Positions 17,561-28,110 of a DNA stretch of 64,000 nt are shown here, piece by piece. How positions within the stretch are numbered: the first letter of the stretch is position 1; every line of letters begins with the position of its first letter. Source of the DNA: Mycobacteriales bacterium (GTDB taxonomy: Bacteria; Actinomycetota; Actinomycetes; Mycobacteriales; SCTD01); contig JBKJQN010000097.1 of NCBI GenBank assembly GCA_046593925.1, forward strand, positions 6,273 through 70,272, in the 5' to 3' direction. The position numbers and the translations under genes were made by a program. The notes below the pieces were generated by a model, which saw only the letters and a list, made by a program, of their open reading frames with translations, made no database searches and was not told the origin of the DNA.

Positions 17561-17635
17561 GTCGGGCACCCGGACGGGTGTGGACAACCGCGTCTCAGCC
17601 ACCAGTTCTGCATGATCGCCGGGGATGGCTACGCG

Positions 17636-18314
17636 TCACCGATCGCCCAGGTCCAGGGTCCACCGGCTCATGACGCCGGCAACGTGGTAGCCGAGCACCT
17701 CGTTGACCGTGATCATGGGGGCGTTGACGGCGGCGTTCCAGGTCGACACCAGCCGGGTCGCCGGCGAGGCGTCCTGCAGGGCGCGCAGCGTCGTGACCTT
17801 CAGCAGCAGCCCGAGCCGGTGACCGCGGTGGCCGGGCATGACCAGGGTGTCCCCCTGGTAGGCCCGGGTCGGCTCCGCCAGCGGCACCCCCAGGTCGGTG
17901 TACGCGACGAGGTGCCCGCCGTGGACTGCGGCCGCCGTCCACCGGTCGCGGCCCTAACGCTGGATCTCGTCCTCGTGGTCGACGAGCCGGGCGACGTCCC
18001 AGACCTCCGGCTGCAGGTCGAGCTCCCCCATCGGCGCCTCTGTCGACCTCCACCGCGAGAGCTCGGCCCGGTCGGGCCGCAGGTGGGCGGGCGTGGGCCC
18101 GCGTCAGCCGACGACGTCGTAGCGCGGGCGTACGGCCGGCAGCGCGCACGTCGCCCCGGCCACCACGGCGAACGCCCGCCCGGCGACCAGGTCGTGCGGC
18201 TCGTCGACCTCGCCGGGCAGCGCACGGCCCGGCTGGCAGCACCCCCGTGTGGTCGCCGCCCGGCCGACCGAGGGCCAGCGCCAGCTCGCGCTGCTCGACG
18301 TCGTGGACCTGCAC
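17636..18314 (-). pseudogene. GNAT-family N-acetyltransferase disrupted by two in-frame nonsense codons and one frameshift
   Basis: The C-terminal GNAT domain is intact (TLVMPGHRGHRLGLLLK...TWNAAVNAPMITVNEVLGY). The same frame continues upstream through TAG (17954-17956, ...DHEDEIQR*GRDRWTAAAVHGGHLVAYTDL) and TGA (18104-18106, ...RPRYDVVG*RGPTPAHL). The TGA sits where family members usually have Trp. Further upstream, coding signal switches frame near 18225. Confidence 0.7.
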
Positions 18315-18317
18315 CGG

Positions 18318-19727
18318 CTACTCGGCGCGGGCGGTGCCGGCGTCGGGGGCGCCCTCGCCCACCCAGACCGCCTTGATGTTGCAGAACTCCCGCATCCCGT
18401 GGGCGGCCAGCTCGCGGCCGTGCCCGGACGCCTTGACGCCGCCGAACGGCAGCTCCGGGAACGACGCGGTCATCCCATTGATGAATGTCTGGCCGGCCTG
18501 CAGGTCGCGGATGAAGGCGGTCCGCTCGGCCGGGTCGTTGGTCCAGGCGTTGGCCCCCAGGCCAAACCGGGTGGCGTTGGCGACGGCCAGCGCCTCCGTC
18601 AGGTCGCCGACCCGGTGCAGCTGCGCGACCGGACCGAAGACCTCCTCGAGGTACATGTCCATCGCCGGGGTGACGCCCGTGATCAGCGTCGGCGGGTACC
18701 ACCAGCCGGGCCGGTCGGGGCGCTCGCCACCGAGCAGGACGGTGGCGCCCTTGTCGACGGCGTCCTGCACCAGCGCCTCGACGTCGGCTCGGCCCTGCTC
18801 GGTCGCCAGCGGACCGACGTCGGTGCCCTCGTCCATCGGGTCGCCGACCACCAGCGCCGACAACTCCTTGGCGAACAGCTCCGTGAACTTCTCGTACACG
18901 TCGGTGTGCACGATGAACCGCTTCGCGGCGATGCAGCTCTGCCCGTTGTTCTGGCAGCGGCTGGTGGTAGCGACCTTCGCCGCCTTCGCGAGGTCGGCCG
19001 AGGGCATGACGACGAACGGGTCGGAGCCGCCGAGCTCCAACACGACCTTCTTGAGCACCTCGCCGGCGGTACGGGCGACAGCGACCCCCGCGCCCTCGCT
19101 GCCGGTCAGGGTGGCCGCGGCCACCCGGTCGTCGCGGAGCACGGCGTCGACGGCGCCGCTCCCGACCAGCAGGGTCTGGAACACATCCGGCGGGAACCCC
19201 GCCTGCTCGAACAGCTCCTGCATGAACAGCGCCGTCTGAGGCACGTTGCTGGCGTGCTTGAGCAGACCGACGTTGCCGGCCATCAGCGCCGGGGCAGCGA
19301 AGCGCATCGCCTGCCAGAGCGGGAAGTTCCAGGGCATGATCGCCAGGACGACCCCGAGCGGCAGGTAGTGGGCGTACGCCTCGGTGGCGCCGACCGACGC
19401 GGCGTCGACCGGCTCGTCGGCCAGGAACTGCGCGCCGTGGTCGGCGTAGTAGCGCAGCCCCGCGGCGCACTTGCCGATCTCGGCGAGACTCGCCTTCTTC
19501 GTCTTGCCCATCTCCAGCGTCATCAGCGACGCGACCTCGTCACTGCGCCGGTCGAGCACGTCGGCGGCGGCGCGCAGCCAGCCAGCCCGCTCGTCGTACG
19601 TCGTACGTCGGTAGCCCTCGGCGGCCGCGTGGGCGCGGGCCAGCCGGTCCTCCAGCTCGGCCGGGGTGAGATCGTCGAAGGTCCTCAGGACCTCGCCGCT
19701 ACGGGGGTCGGTTGTCGCGATCGCCAT
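18318..19727 (-). CDS. NAD(P)-dependent succinate-semialdehyde dehydrogenase-type aldehyde dehydrogenase
   Basis: MAIATTDPRSGEVLRTF N-terminus typical of this ALDH subgroup. Catalytic Glu (LELGGSDPF) and Cys (NNGQSCIAAKR) motifs are present. Confidence 0.88.
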   Translation of the reverse strand: MAIATTDPRSGEVLRTFDDLTPAELEDRLARAHAAAEGYRRTTYDERAGWLRAAADVLDRRSDEVASLMTLEMGKTKKASLAEIGKCAAGLRYYADHGAQFLADEPVDAASVGATEAYAHYLPLGVVLAIMPWNFPLWQAMRFAAPALMAGNVGLLKHASNVPQTALFMQELFEQAGFPPDVFQTLLVGSGAVDAVLRDDRVAAATLTGSEGAGVAVARTAGEVLKKVVLELGGSDPFVVMPSADLAKAAKVATTSRCQNNGQSCIAAKRFIVHTDVYEKFTELFAKELSALVVGDPMDEGTDVGPLATEQGRADVEALVQDAVDKGATVLLGGERPDRPGWWYPPTLITGVTPAMDMYLEEVFGPVAQLHRVGDLTEALAVANATRFGLGANAWTNDPAERTAFIRDLQAGQTFINGMTASFPELPFGGVKASGHGRELAAHGMREFCNIKAVWVGEGAPDAGTARAE

Positions 19728-19769
19728 ACCCGCGACCTTCCCACCCCGCGGTCATGGCACCCTCGCCGG

Positions 19770-20315
19770 GTGGCCGACGTCAGCGTGCGCCCCGCCCGGC
19801 CCCCGGACGCCGAGCGGGTCGCCCGCGTGCAGCTGACGACCTGGCGCACCGCGTACAACGACCTGCTCCCCCGCGAGGCACTCGAGCTGCCCGAGGTGCA
19901 GGCCGCCGCCGTCTGGCTCAACGCCGTCGAGGCGCCGGCGTCAGCCCGGCACCGGGTCCTGGTGGCCCAGGAGCGGGACGAACTCGTGGGGTTCGCCTCG
20001 ACAGCGCCCGCCGACGACGACGACCTGGACGGCGACAGCACCGCGGAGCTCACGGCCCTGCTCGTCGAGCCTCGTTGGGGACGCCGCGGGCACGGCTCGC
20101 GGCTGCTCGCGGCCTGCGTCGACGGCTGGCAGGGCGACGGCGTCCGTACAGCGGTCGCCTGGGCGTTCGAGGGTGATCCGGCGACCCGCGCCTTCCTCAG
20201 CTCCGCGGGCTGGGAGCTCGACGGCCGCTCCCGCGGCCTGGACACCGGCAGCCGGGTGCAGCACCAGTTGCGCTACCACGTGGACGTGACGCCCAGTGAT
20301 ATCAACCCCACGTGA
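19770..20315 (+). CDS. GNAT family N-acetyltransferase
   Basis: This is the last 181 codons of track ORF 18249..20315: VRPARPPDAERVARVQLTTWRTAY...LLVEPRWGRRGHGSRLLAA...AWAFEGDPATRAFLSSAGW. The start is GTG 19770 (or 19785). The upstream part of the ORF is antisense to the ALDH gene. Confidence 0.8.
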   Translation: MADVSVRPARPPDAERVARVQLTTWRTAYNDLLPREALELPEVQAAAVWLNAVEAPASARHRVLVAQERDELVGFASTAPADDDDLDGDSTAELTALLVEPRWGRRGHGSRLLAACVDGWQGDGVRTAVAWAFEGDPATRAFLSSAGWELDGRSRGLDTGSRVQHQLRYHVDVTPSDINPT

Positions 20316-20980
20316 CTGACAGCGCATTCGCCGGCTTCCCCGAGCAGGCCCTGGAGTTCTACGAGGGCTTGCAGGCTGACAACACCAAGGCGTACTGGAC
20401 CGACCACCGGGCGACCTACGACCAGACCGTGAAGGCTCCGCTGGAGGCGCTGCTCGCCACGCTCGAGCCGGAGTTCGGTCCCGCGAAACTGTTCCGGCCC
20501 TACCGTGACGTCCGGTTCAGCAAGGACAAGACGCCGTACAAGACGGCGGCCGCGGCCGCGGTCGGCGACGACGGGCCGGGCGTGCTGTATCTGCAGCTGT
20601 CGGCCGACGGCCTGCTGCTGGCCGGTGGGGCGTACGCGCTCGCGACCGACCAGGCCCGTCGGCTGCGGGCCGCGATCGCCGACGACCGGCCGGGCCGGGC
20701 ACTGGTGCGGCTGCTGGCGACCCTGCGCCCCGCAGGGTTCGAGATCGACGGCCAGCGGCTCAAGCGGCTGCCGAAGGAGTTCGACCCGGGCGCACCGCGG
20801 GCCGACCTGCTGACGCTGAAGACGCTGGTCGCCGTCCAGCACCACGAGCCCGCGCCGTGGCTGCACCAACCGCAGTCGCTGGACCGGATCGCTGCCGCCT
20901 GGCGCGCCCTCGGCCCCCTCAACGCCTGGCTGCGGGACCACGTGGGCCCGCCGCGCGTGGAGCGTCAGGTCGATAGCTGA
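20312..20980 (+). CDS. DUF2461 (TIGR02453) family protein
   Basis: FPEQALEFYEGLQADNTKAYWTDHRATYD...FRPYRDVRFSKDKTPYKT. GTGA overlap with the preceding GNAT stop. Confidence 0.8.
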   Translation: MTDSAFAGFPEQALEFYEGLQADNTKAYWTDHRATYDQTVKAPLEALLATLEPEFGPAKLFRPYRDVRFSKDKTPYKTAAAAAVGDDGPGVLYLQLSADGLLLAGGAYALATDQARRLRAAIADDRPGRALVRLLATLRPAGFEIDGQRLKRLPKEFDPGAPRADLLTLKTLVAVQHHEPAPWLHQPQSLDRIAAAWRALGPLNAWLRDHVGPPRVERQVDS

Positions 20981-21040
20981 GCGCCTTCCTCCAGATGCTC
21001 CTGAGCGGGACCGGTGGCAAGGCACCCAGGTCGTCCGTGG

Positions 21041-22771
21041 TCAGTCCGGCGGCCGCCGGGCAGGGGCCCGGTGGGCAAGTTCGCGACGGACCGTGGCCTT
21101 GCGGCCCTTGATCAGAGTGGCCCGCAGGGCCGCCACCACCTCGTCGGCGGCCGACTCGGGCACCTCGACCAGGGAGAACCGCTGGAAGATCTCGATCGCC
21201 CCGATGTCCCGCCCGGACAGCGACGACTCGCCCGTCACGGCGCCAACGAGATCCTGCGGTCGGACGCCCGACTCCCGGCCGGTGCCGACGAACAGCTTGG
21301 TGGTCTGGCCCGAGGAGCCGCGGCGCGCGCGGCTCGGCGGGGGCCGCTCCCCGGACACCGGCTCCCGCCGCGGGCCGGTGGTGCGGGCTTCGGCCGGCGA
21401 CCGCGAAGCTGCCCGCGGCGAGGGCTGCACGATCTCCTGCTCGTCGGGCGGCAGGCCGCCCGCCTCGTGGGCCAGCGCGACGGCGGCCGTCGCGACCCGC
21501 TCGAGGTCGAACTCGTCGGCGAGGGAGGCGACCAGCGGCCCGTAGCGCGCGGTGTCGCCGCGCAGCAGGACCTCGCGCAGGGCGCCCCGGGTCGCCTCGA
21601 GCCGCAGCGCCCGCAGGTCGGCGACGCTCGGCAGGGCGACCAGCGGGATCTGCTGCCCCGTGAGGCGCTCGATCGTGTGCAGCATGCGCTGCTCGCGCGG
21701 CTCCGCGAGGGTGATCGCGACGCCCTCGCGGCCGGCGCGGCCGACCCGGCCGATCCGGTGGACGTAGGACTCCGGCGCCGACGGGACGTCGTAGTTGACG
21801 ACGTGGGTGAGGTGGTCCACGTCGAGCCCGCGGGCTGCGACGTCGGTCGCGACCAGCAGGTCTGCGGTCTGCGCCCGCAGCCGCCCCATCACCCGGTCGC
21901 GCTGGTCCTGGCTCATCCCGCCGTGCAGCGGCTCCGCCCGGTAGCCGCGGCCGTTCAGCGTCTGGGTCAGGCTGTCGACGTCGGCACGGGTGCGGCAGAA
22001 CACGATCGTGGCGACCGGGACCTCGACGTCGAGGACCCGGCCGAGCGCGGCCGGCTTGTCGGCGCGCGAGACGACGTACGCGCTCTGCCGCACCAGCGGC
22101 GCGGCACCGGTCGCGACGGCCGAGCCCATCGCGATGCGCACCGGATCGGTCAGGTGCCGGCGGGCCATCCGGTCGATGTGTCCGGGCAGCGTGGCCGAGA
22201 ACAGCACCGTCTGCCGCTGCGCCGGCACCGCAGCCATGATCGCGTCGAGGTCCTCGGCGAAGCCCATGTCGAGCATCTCGTCGGCCTCGTCCAGCACGAC
22301 CACCTGGACGTCGGCCAGTCGGAGCGTGCCGCGCTCGATGTGGTCCAACGCGCGGCCGGGGGTCGCGACGACGACATCGACGCCGCGCTCGAGCTCGCGC
22401 AGCTGCCGCCCGATCGGCTGGCCGCCGTAGACGGGCAGCACCCGGGCGCCGAGGCCCCGGCCGTAGCGGTGCAGCGCCTCCGACACCTGCATCGCCAGCT
22501 CACGGGTGGGCGTGAGCACGAGGCCGACAGGGGTGCGCCCCCCGCGGCCCCCGGCGAGCCGCTGGAGCATCGGCAGCGCGAATGCGGCGGTCTTGCCGGT
22601 GCCCGTGGCGGCCTGGCCGAGTAGGTCGCGGCCGGCCAGCAGCGGAGGCAGCGCCTCAGCCTGGATCGGCGTCGGCTCCTCGTACCCCAGCGATGCGAGC
22701 TCGGCGAGCAGCTCGGGCCGAAGCCCAAGATCGGCGAAGGTGCGGGGGGTGCTGTCGTTCGGCGCGCTCAC
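21041..22771 (-). CDS. DEAD-box ATP-dependent RNA helicase with DbpA-type C-terminal RNA-binding domain
   Basis: Q motif (FADLGL...PTPIQ), AATGTGKT, DEAD (VLDEADEM), SAT, HRIGRVGRAG. The C-terminus reads LFVGTGRESGVRPQDLVGAV...IEIFQRFSLVEVP. Confidence 0.93.
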   Translation of the reverse strand: MSAPNDSTPRTFADLGLRPELLAELASLGYEEPTPIQAEALPPLLAGRDLLGQAATGTGKTAAFALPMLQRLAGGRGGRTPVGLVLTPTRELAMQVSEALHRYGRGLGARVLPVYGGQPIGRQLRELERGVDVVVATPGRALDHIERGTLRLADVQVVVLDEADEMLDMGFAEDLDAIMAAVPAQRQTVLFSATLPGHIDRMARRHLTDPVRIAMGSAVATGAAPLVRQSAYVVSRADKPAALGRVLDVEVPVATIVFCRTRADVDSLTQTLNGRGYRAEPLHGGMSQDQRDRVMGRLRAQTADLLVATDVAARGLDVDHLTHVVNYDVPSAPESYVHRIGRVGRAGREGVAITLAEPREQRMLHTIERLTGQQIPLVALPSVADLRALRLEATRGALREVLLRGDTARYGPLVASLADEFDLERVATAAVALAHEAGGLPPDEQEIVQPSPRAASRSPAEARTTGPRREPVSGERPPPSRARRGSSGQTTKLFVGTGRESGVRPQDLVGAVTGESSLSGRDIGAIEIFQRFSLVEVPESAADEVVAALRATLIKGRKATVRRELAHRAPARRPPD

Positions 22772-22808
22772 CGGTCCAGCCTGCCGTACGCCCGTCGCGG
22801 CTCTCGCG

Positions 22809-23516
22809 GTGGTAGAACGCGCCGTGCCCCGACTTGTCAGACACGAGCGCCGCGGGGAAGCTCGGCTGCCCGCCGCCCTCGCCGTCCTGGTCGCGATGGC
22901 CCTCTACGCACTGCTTCCTGCCGGTCTGGTGGTCATCGACGGCTACCTCATCCCGGTGCTCGGGCTGCTCCTGCTGGTGCCGCTCATCGCGGTCAACCCC
23001 CGCCGGCTGACCCGCGAGACGCAGCTGTCGCGCGCTGCCTCTCTCGGCCTCGTCGGGCTGATCGGCCTGGCCAACACCTACGCCCTGGTCATGCTCGTGA
23101 GAGCGCTCCTCGCCAGCCGGGTGGACAACGGCCGGGTGCTGCTCGCCGCAGCCCTACAGGTGTGGCTGACCAACATCATCGTGTTCGGGCTGGCGTTCTG
23201 GGAGCTCGACCGTGACGGCCCGGTCGCGCGCACCCAGCGCACCCGCGCTCAGCTGGGGCAGGCCGACTTCATGTTCCCCCAGGAGCAGTGCGACGACGCC
23301 GTCGACGAGGTCGCGGCCGGCTCCAGCGGGAAGGCCGACTGGGTCCCCACCCTGGTCGACTACCTGTACGTCTCGCTCACCAACTCCACCGCGTTCAGCC
23401 CCACCGACACGATGCCGCTCTCGCCGCGGGCCAAGGTCCTGATGGGGCTGCAGGGCATCACCGCACTGGTGATCTCGGTGCTGGTCATCTCCCGCGGCGT
23501 GAACATCCTGAAGTAG
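22809..23516 (+). CDS. DUF1345 family membrane protein
   Basis: TM-rich: WLTNIIVFGLAFWELDRDGP...DYLYVSLTNSTAFSPTDTMPLSPRAKVLMGLQ. Start trimmed to GTG 22809, since the track ORF start lies inside the helicase gene. The start is uncertain. Confidence 0.75.
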   Translation: MVERAVPRLVRHERRGEARLPAALAVLVAMALYALLPAGLVVIDGYLIPVLGLLLLVPLIAVNPRRLTRETQLSRAASLGLVGLIGLANTYALVMLVRALLASRVDNGRVLLAAALQVWLTNIIVFGLAFWELDRDGPVARTQRTRAQLGQADFMFPQEQCDDAVDEVAAGSSGKADWVPTLVDYLYVSLTNSTAFSPTDTMPLSPRAKVLMGLQGITALVISVLVISRGVNILK

Positions 23517-23528
23517 TCGGCGCTGCGC

Positions 23529-23570
23529 CTGCTGATCTCACCGCTGGGACTGCTGATCTCACCGCTGGGA
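23529..23570. repeat. 21-bp tandem duplication (CTGCTGATCTCACCGCTGGGA x2) including the stop codon of the third AIM24 gene
   Basis: Copies lie at 23529-23549 and 23550-23570. On the coding strand this reads ...QQSQR-TGA-DQQSQR-TGA-D. A partial third copy follows. Confidence 0.95.
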
Positions 23571-24302
23571 CTGCTGGGCCCTCGCGACGAGCCGCTGCCC
23601 GAGCGAGCCGGCCTGGGCCGTCGACAGCTGCTGGGTCTGCTGCTCGACGATGCGCAGCAGGGCGGGGTCCTCGCGCAGCACCTCCGAGCTCTGCAGCAGG
23701 ATCGTGCCGGCACCGATGAAGGCGTACTGCCGCTCCTCGCCAGACTCGCGGCCCATGACCCCCTGCAGCATCCCGCCCAGACTCGCCGCCATCCACTCGG
23801 TGTCGTAGTGCACGGCCGGGCTGGGGCACTCGGCCCAGCCCAGCAGCGCCTCCGGGTCGGCGCGGAACGGCGGCTCCGCAAAGATCACCGGACCGTTCGA
23901 GGACGCCAGGAACGTGCCGGACCCCAGCAGGGTGACGAAGCCAGGCACGATCGACTGCTTGAGCTCCAGCGTCGGGGCGAACCCCAGCAGGTTGTGCGCC
24001 CGGATCGTCAGATTCCCGTCGTCGAGGTCGAAGGAGTTGACGTCGAAGCCGCGGTCGGCCAGCAGCACCTTGCCGGCGCCCGAGGCGACCACCCAGTCCT
24101 GGACGTACACCGGGCTGGCGAAGCGGCTGGCGAGAAAGGCCCGCGCCGATCCGAAGGCCGTCACGGCCTGGAAGGTCACCGCGCCGTAGTGCGCGATCAT
24201 CGCACCCTTCTTGACGAACCATTCGCCGTCGAGGTCGACACAGAAGCAGTACGCGTTGACGTTGTCGCCCGACGGCAGCGACGCGGCCGAGTAGGTGTTC
24301 AC
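23559..24302 (-). CDS. AIM24 (DUF124) family protein, paralogue 3, with Gln-rich helical C-terminal tail
   Basis: 247 aa: FCVDLDGEWFVKKGAMIAHYGAVTF...KVLLADRG...LTIRAHNLLGF...GTILLQSSE. GTG start in a GTGA overlap with the paralogue 2 stop. Confidence 0.8.
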   Translation of the reverse strand: MNTYSAASLPSGDNVNAYCFCVDLDGEWFVKKGAMIAHYGAVTFQAVTAFGSARAFLASRFASPVYVQDWVVASGAGKVLLADRGFDVNSFDLDDGNLTIRAHNLLGFAPTLELKQSIVPGFVTLLGSGTFLASSNGPVIFAEPPFRADPEALLGWAECPSPAVHYDTEWMAASLGGMLQGVMGRESGEERQYAFIGAGTILLQSSEVLREDPALLRIVEQQTQQLSTAQAGSLGQRLVARAQQSQR

Positions 24303-24949
24303 GAGAGCTTGCGCTCCGATGCCTGCACGTGGACGGTCCCGGCGCCCGTCACGTGCAGCTGGAACGCCTCGCCGCTGCCCCTGCCGACGGCGTCGCGCCA
24401 GCCGACCTTCGCTTTGAGGTCGACGCTGAGGGCGCCGGTGTGTGCGACGTAGGCCTGCGGGTCGACCCCGACGACGTCGCCGGGGGTGACCTGCAGCGCG
24501 AAGGTGCCGCCGTGCGAGAGCAGGGCGACCGCGCCGACGCCGGTCACCTGCGTGGTGAACAGGCCCTGCCCGGTGGCCGCGCCGCGCACCACGCCCCGCA
24601 GCCCGCCGGAGCCGAGGAACTGCACCGAGGTCTGCAGGTCGGCGTCGTGAGCCAGCAGCCGGTCGGCTTCGACGGACAGCGGGCTGGTCCCGTCGAGGTG
24701 CAGGACCGTCACGTGCAGCCCGCGGAATCCGTACAGCACGCTGCCGGAACCGGTCGTGGCCATCATCGGTACGGACTCGCTCGTCAACGCCGCTCCGATC
24801 ATCCCGACCGCGCCGCCGCCCTGGCCGTGCACCGGGCGGAAGACGACGTCACCGGTCAGCCCGAGCATGGCCCCTCGACGCGCCAGGACCGGCCGCTGCG
24901 GGCTGACAGTGGCCCGGACGACCTTGCTGTTGACGACCTCGAAGGGCAA
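24299..24949 (-). CDS. AIM24 (DUF124) family protein, paralogue 2
   Basis: 216 aa: VLARRGAMLGLTGDVVF...GSVLYGFRG...LSVEADRLLAHDADL...GLFTTQVTGVGAVALLSHGG...GEAFQLHVTGAGTVHVQ. Confidence 0.8.
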   Translation of the reverse strand: MPFEVVNSKVVRATVSPQRPVLARRGAMLGLTGDVVFRPVHGQGGGAVGMIGAALTSESVPMMATTGSGSVLYGFRGLHVTVLHLDGTSPLSVEADRLLAHDADLQTSVQFLGSGGLRGVVRGAATGQGLFTTQVTGVGAVALLSHGGTFALQVTPGDVVGVDPQAYVAHTGALSVDLKAKVGWRDAVGRGSGEAFQLHVTGAGTVHVQASERKLS

Positions 24950-24952
24950 GGC

Positions 24953-25570
24953 TCAGCGCTCCGCTGGCTGCAGGCAGACCAGCCCGGAGCCGTCGAAGCG
25001 CATGGAGAACGCCTCACCCGAGCCCTCCCCGACCAGTGACCGCCAGGAGACGCCGGTCACGATCGAGGTGCTGAGCGAGCCGGTGGACGCGACGAAGGCG
25101 TCAGGGTCGACGACGAGGGACTGCCCCGGCTCCACCTCGAGCGTGATCATCGGGCCGCGGGACAGCAGCGCCACCTGCCCGCTGCCCGTGACGGTGGTGG
25201 TGCCCACGCCCTGGCCGGCCATCGCCCCACCGAGACCGGCGAACTTGACGCCGAGGGTGAGCCCCGGCGTCGCCGCCAGCAGCGACGCAGACTCGACGGC
25301 GAGCGTGTCGCCGGCCAGGTCGACGACCGAGACGTACTGCGCGTCGACAGCCAGGTGCACGCGGCCGGTGCCGATGCACTCCATCAGCTGCAGGCCCTCG
25401 CCGGCGACCTTGCGCTTCAGGGCGGCCTTGAGTCCGTCGCCGCCACCCAGGCCGGCGCCCTTGAACTCCACGGTGCCGGTGTACGCCACCATCGAGCCCT
25501 GGGCCGCGCGCACCGAGTCACCGCGCAGCTCGACCATGAGCACCCGGCCGTCCGCCGTCAACGTCGCCAA
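24953..25570 (-). CDS. AIM24 (DUF124) family protein, paralogue 1
   Basis: 205 aa: LMVELRGDSVRAAQGSMVAYTGTVEF...GRVHLA...LAVESASLLAA...GSGQVALLSRGP...GEAFSMRFDGSGLVCLQ. TTG start. Its stop is 3 nt before the paralogue 2 start. Confidence 0.8.
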   Translation of the reverse strand: MATLTADGRVLMVELRGDSVRAAQGSMVAYTGTVEFKGAGLGGGDGLKAALKRKVAGEGLQLMECIGTGRVHLAVDAQYVSVVDLAGDTLAVESASLLAATPGLTLGVKFAGLGGAMAGQGVGTTTVTGSGQVALLSRGPMITLEVEPGQSLVVDPDAFVASTGSLSTSIVTGVSWRSLVGEGSGEAFSMRFDGSGLVCLQPAER

Positions 25571-25591
25571 CGCACCCCCACGGCCCGGACC

Positions 25592-28088
<2,497 letters not shown>

Positions 28089-28110
28089 GGTGTGCGGGCA
28101 TCTCGGCCGG

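Noticed and set aside
18249-19769. Upstream 507 codons of the 688-aa plus-strand ORF 18249..20315
   Set aside because: It is antisense to the succinate-semialdehyde-type ALDH. Only the terminal 181 codons (GNAT) look like a real protein.
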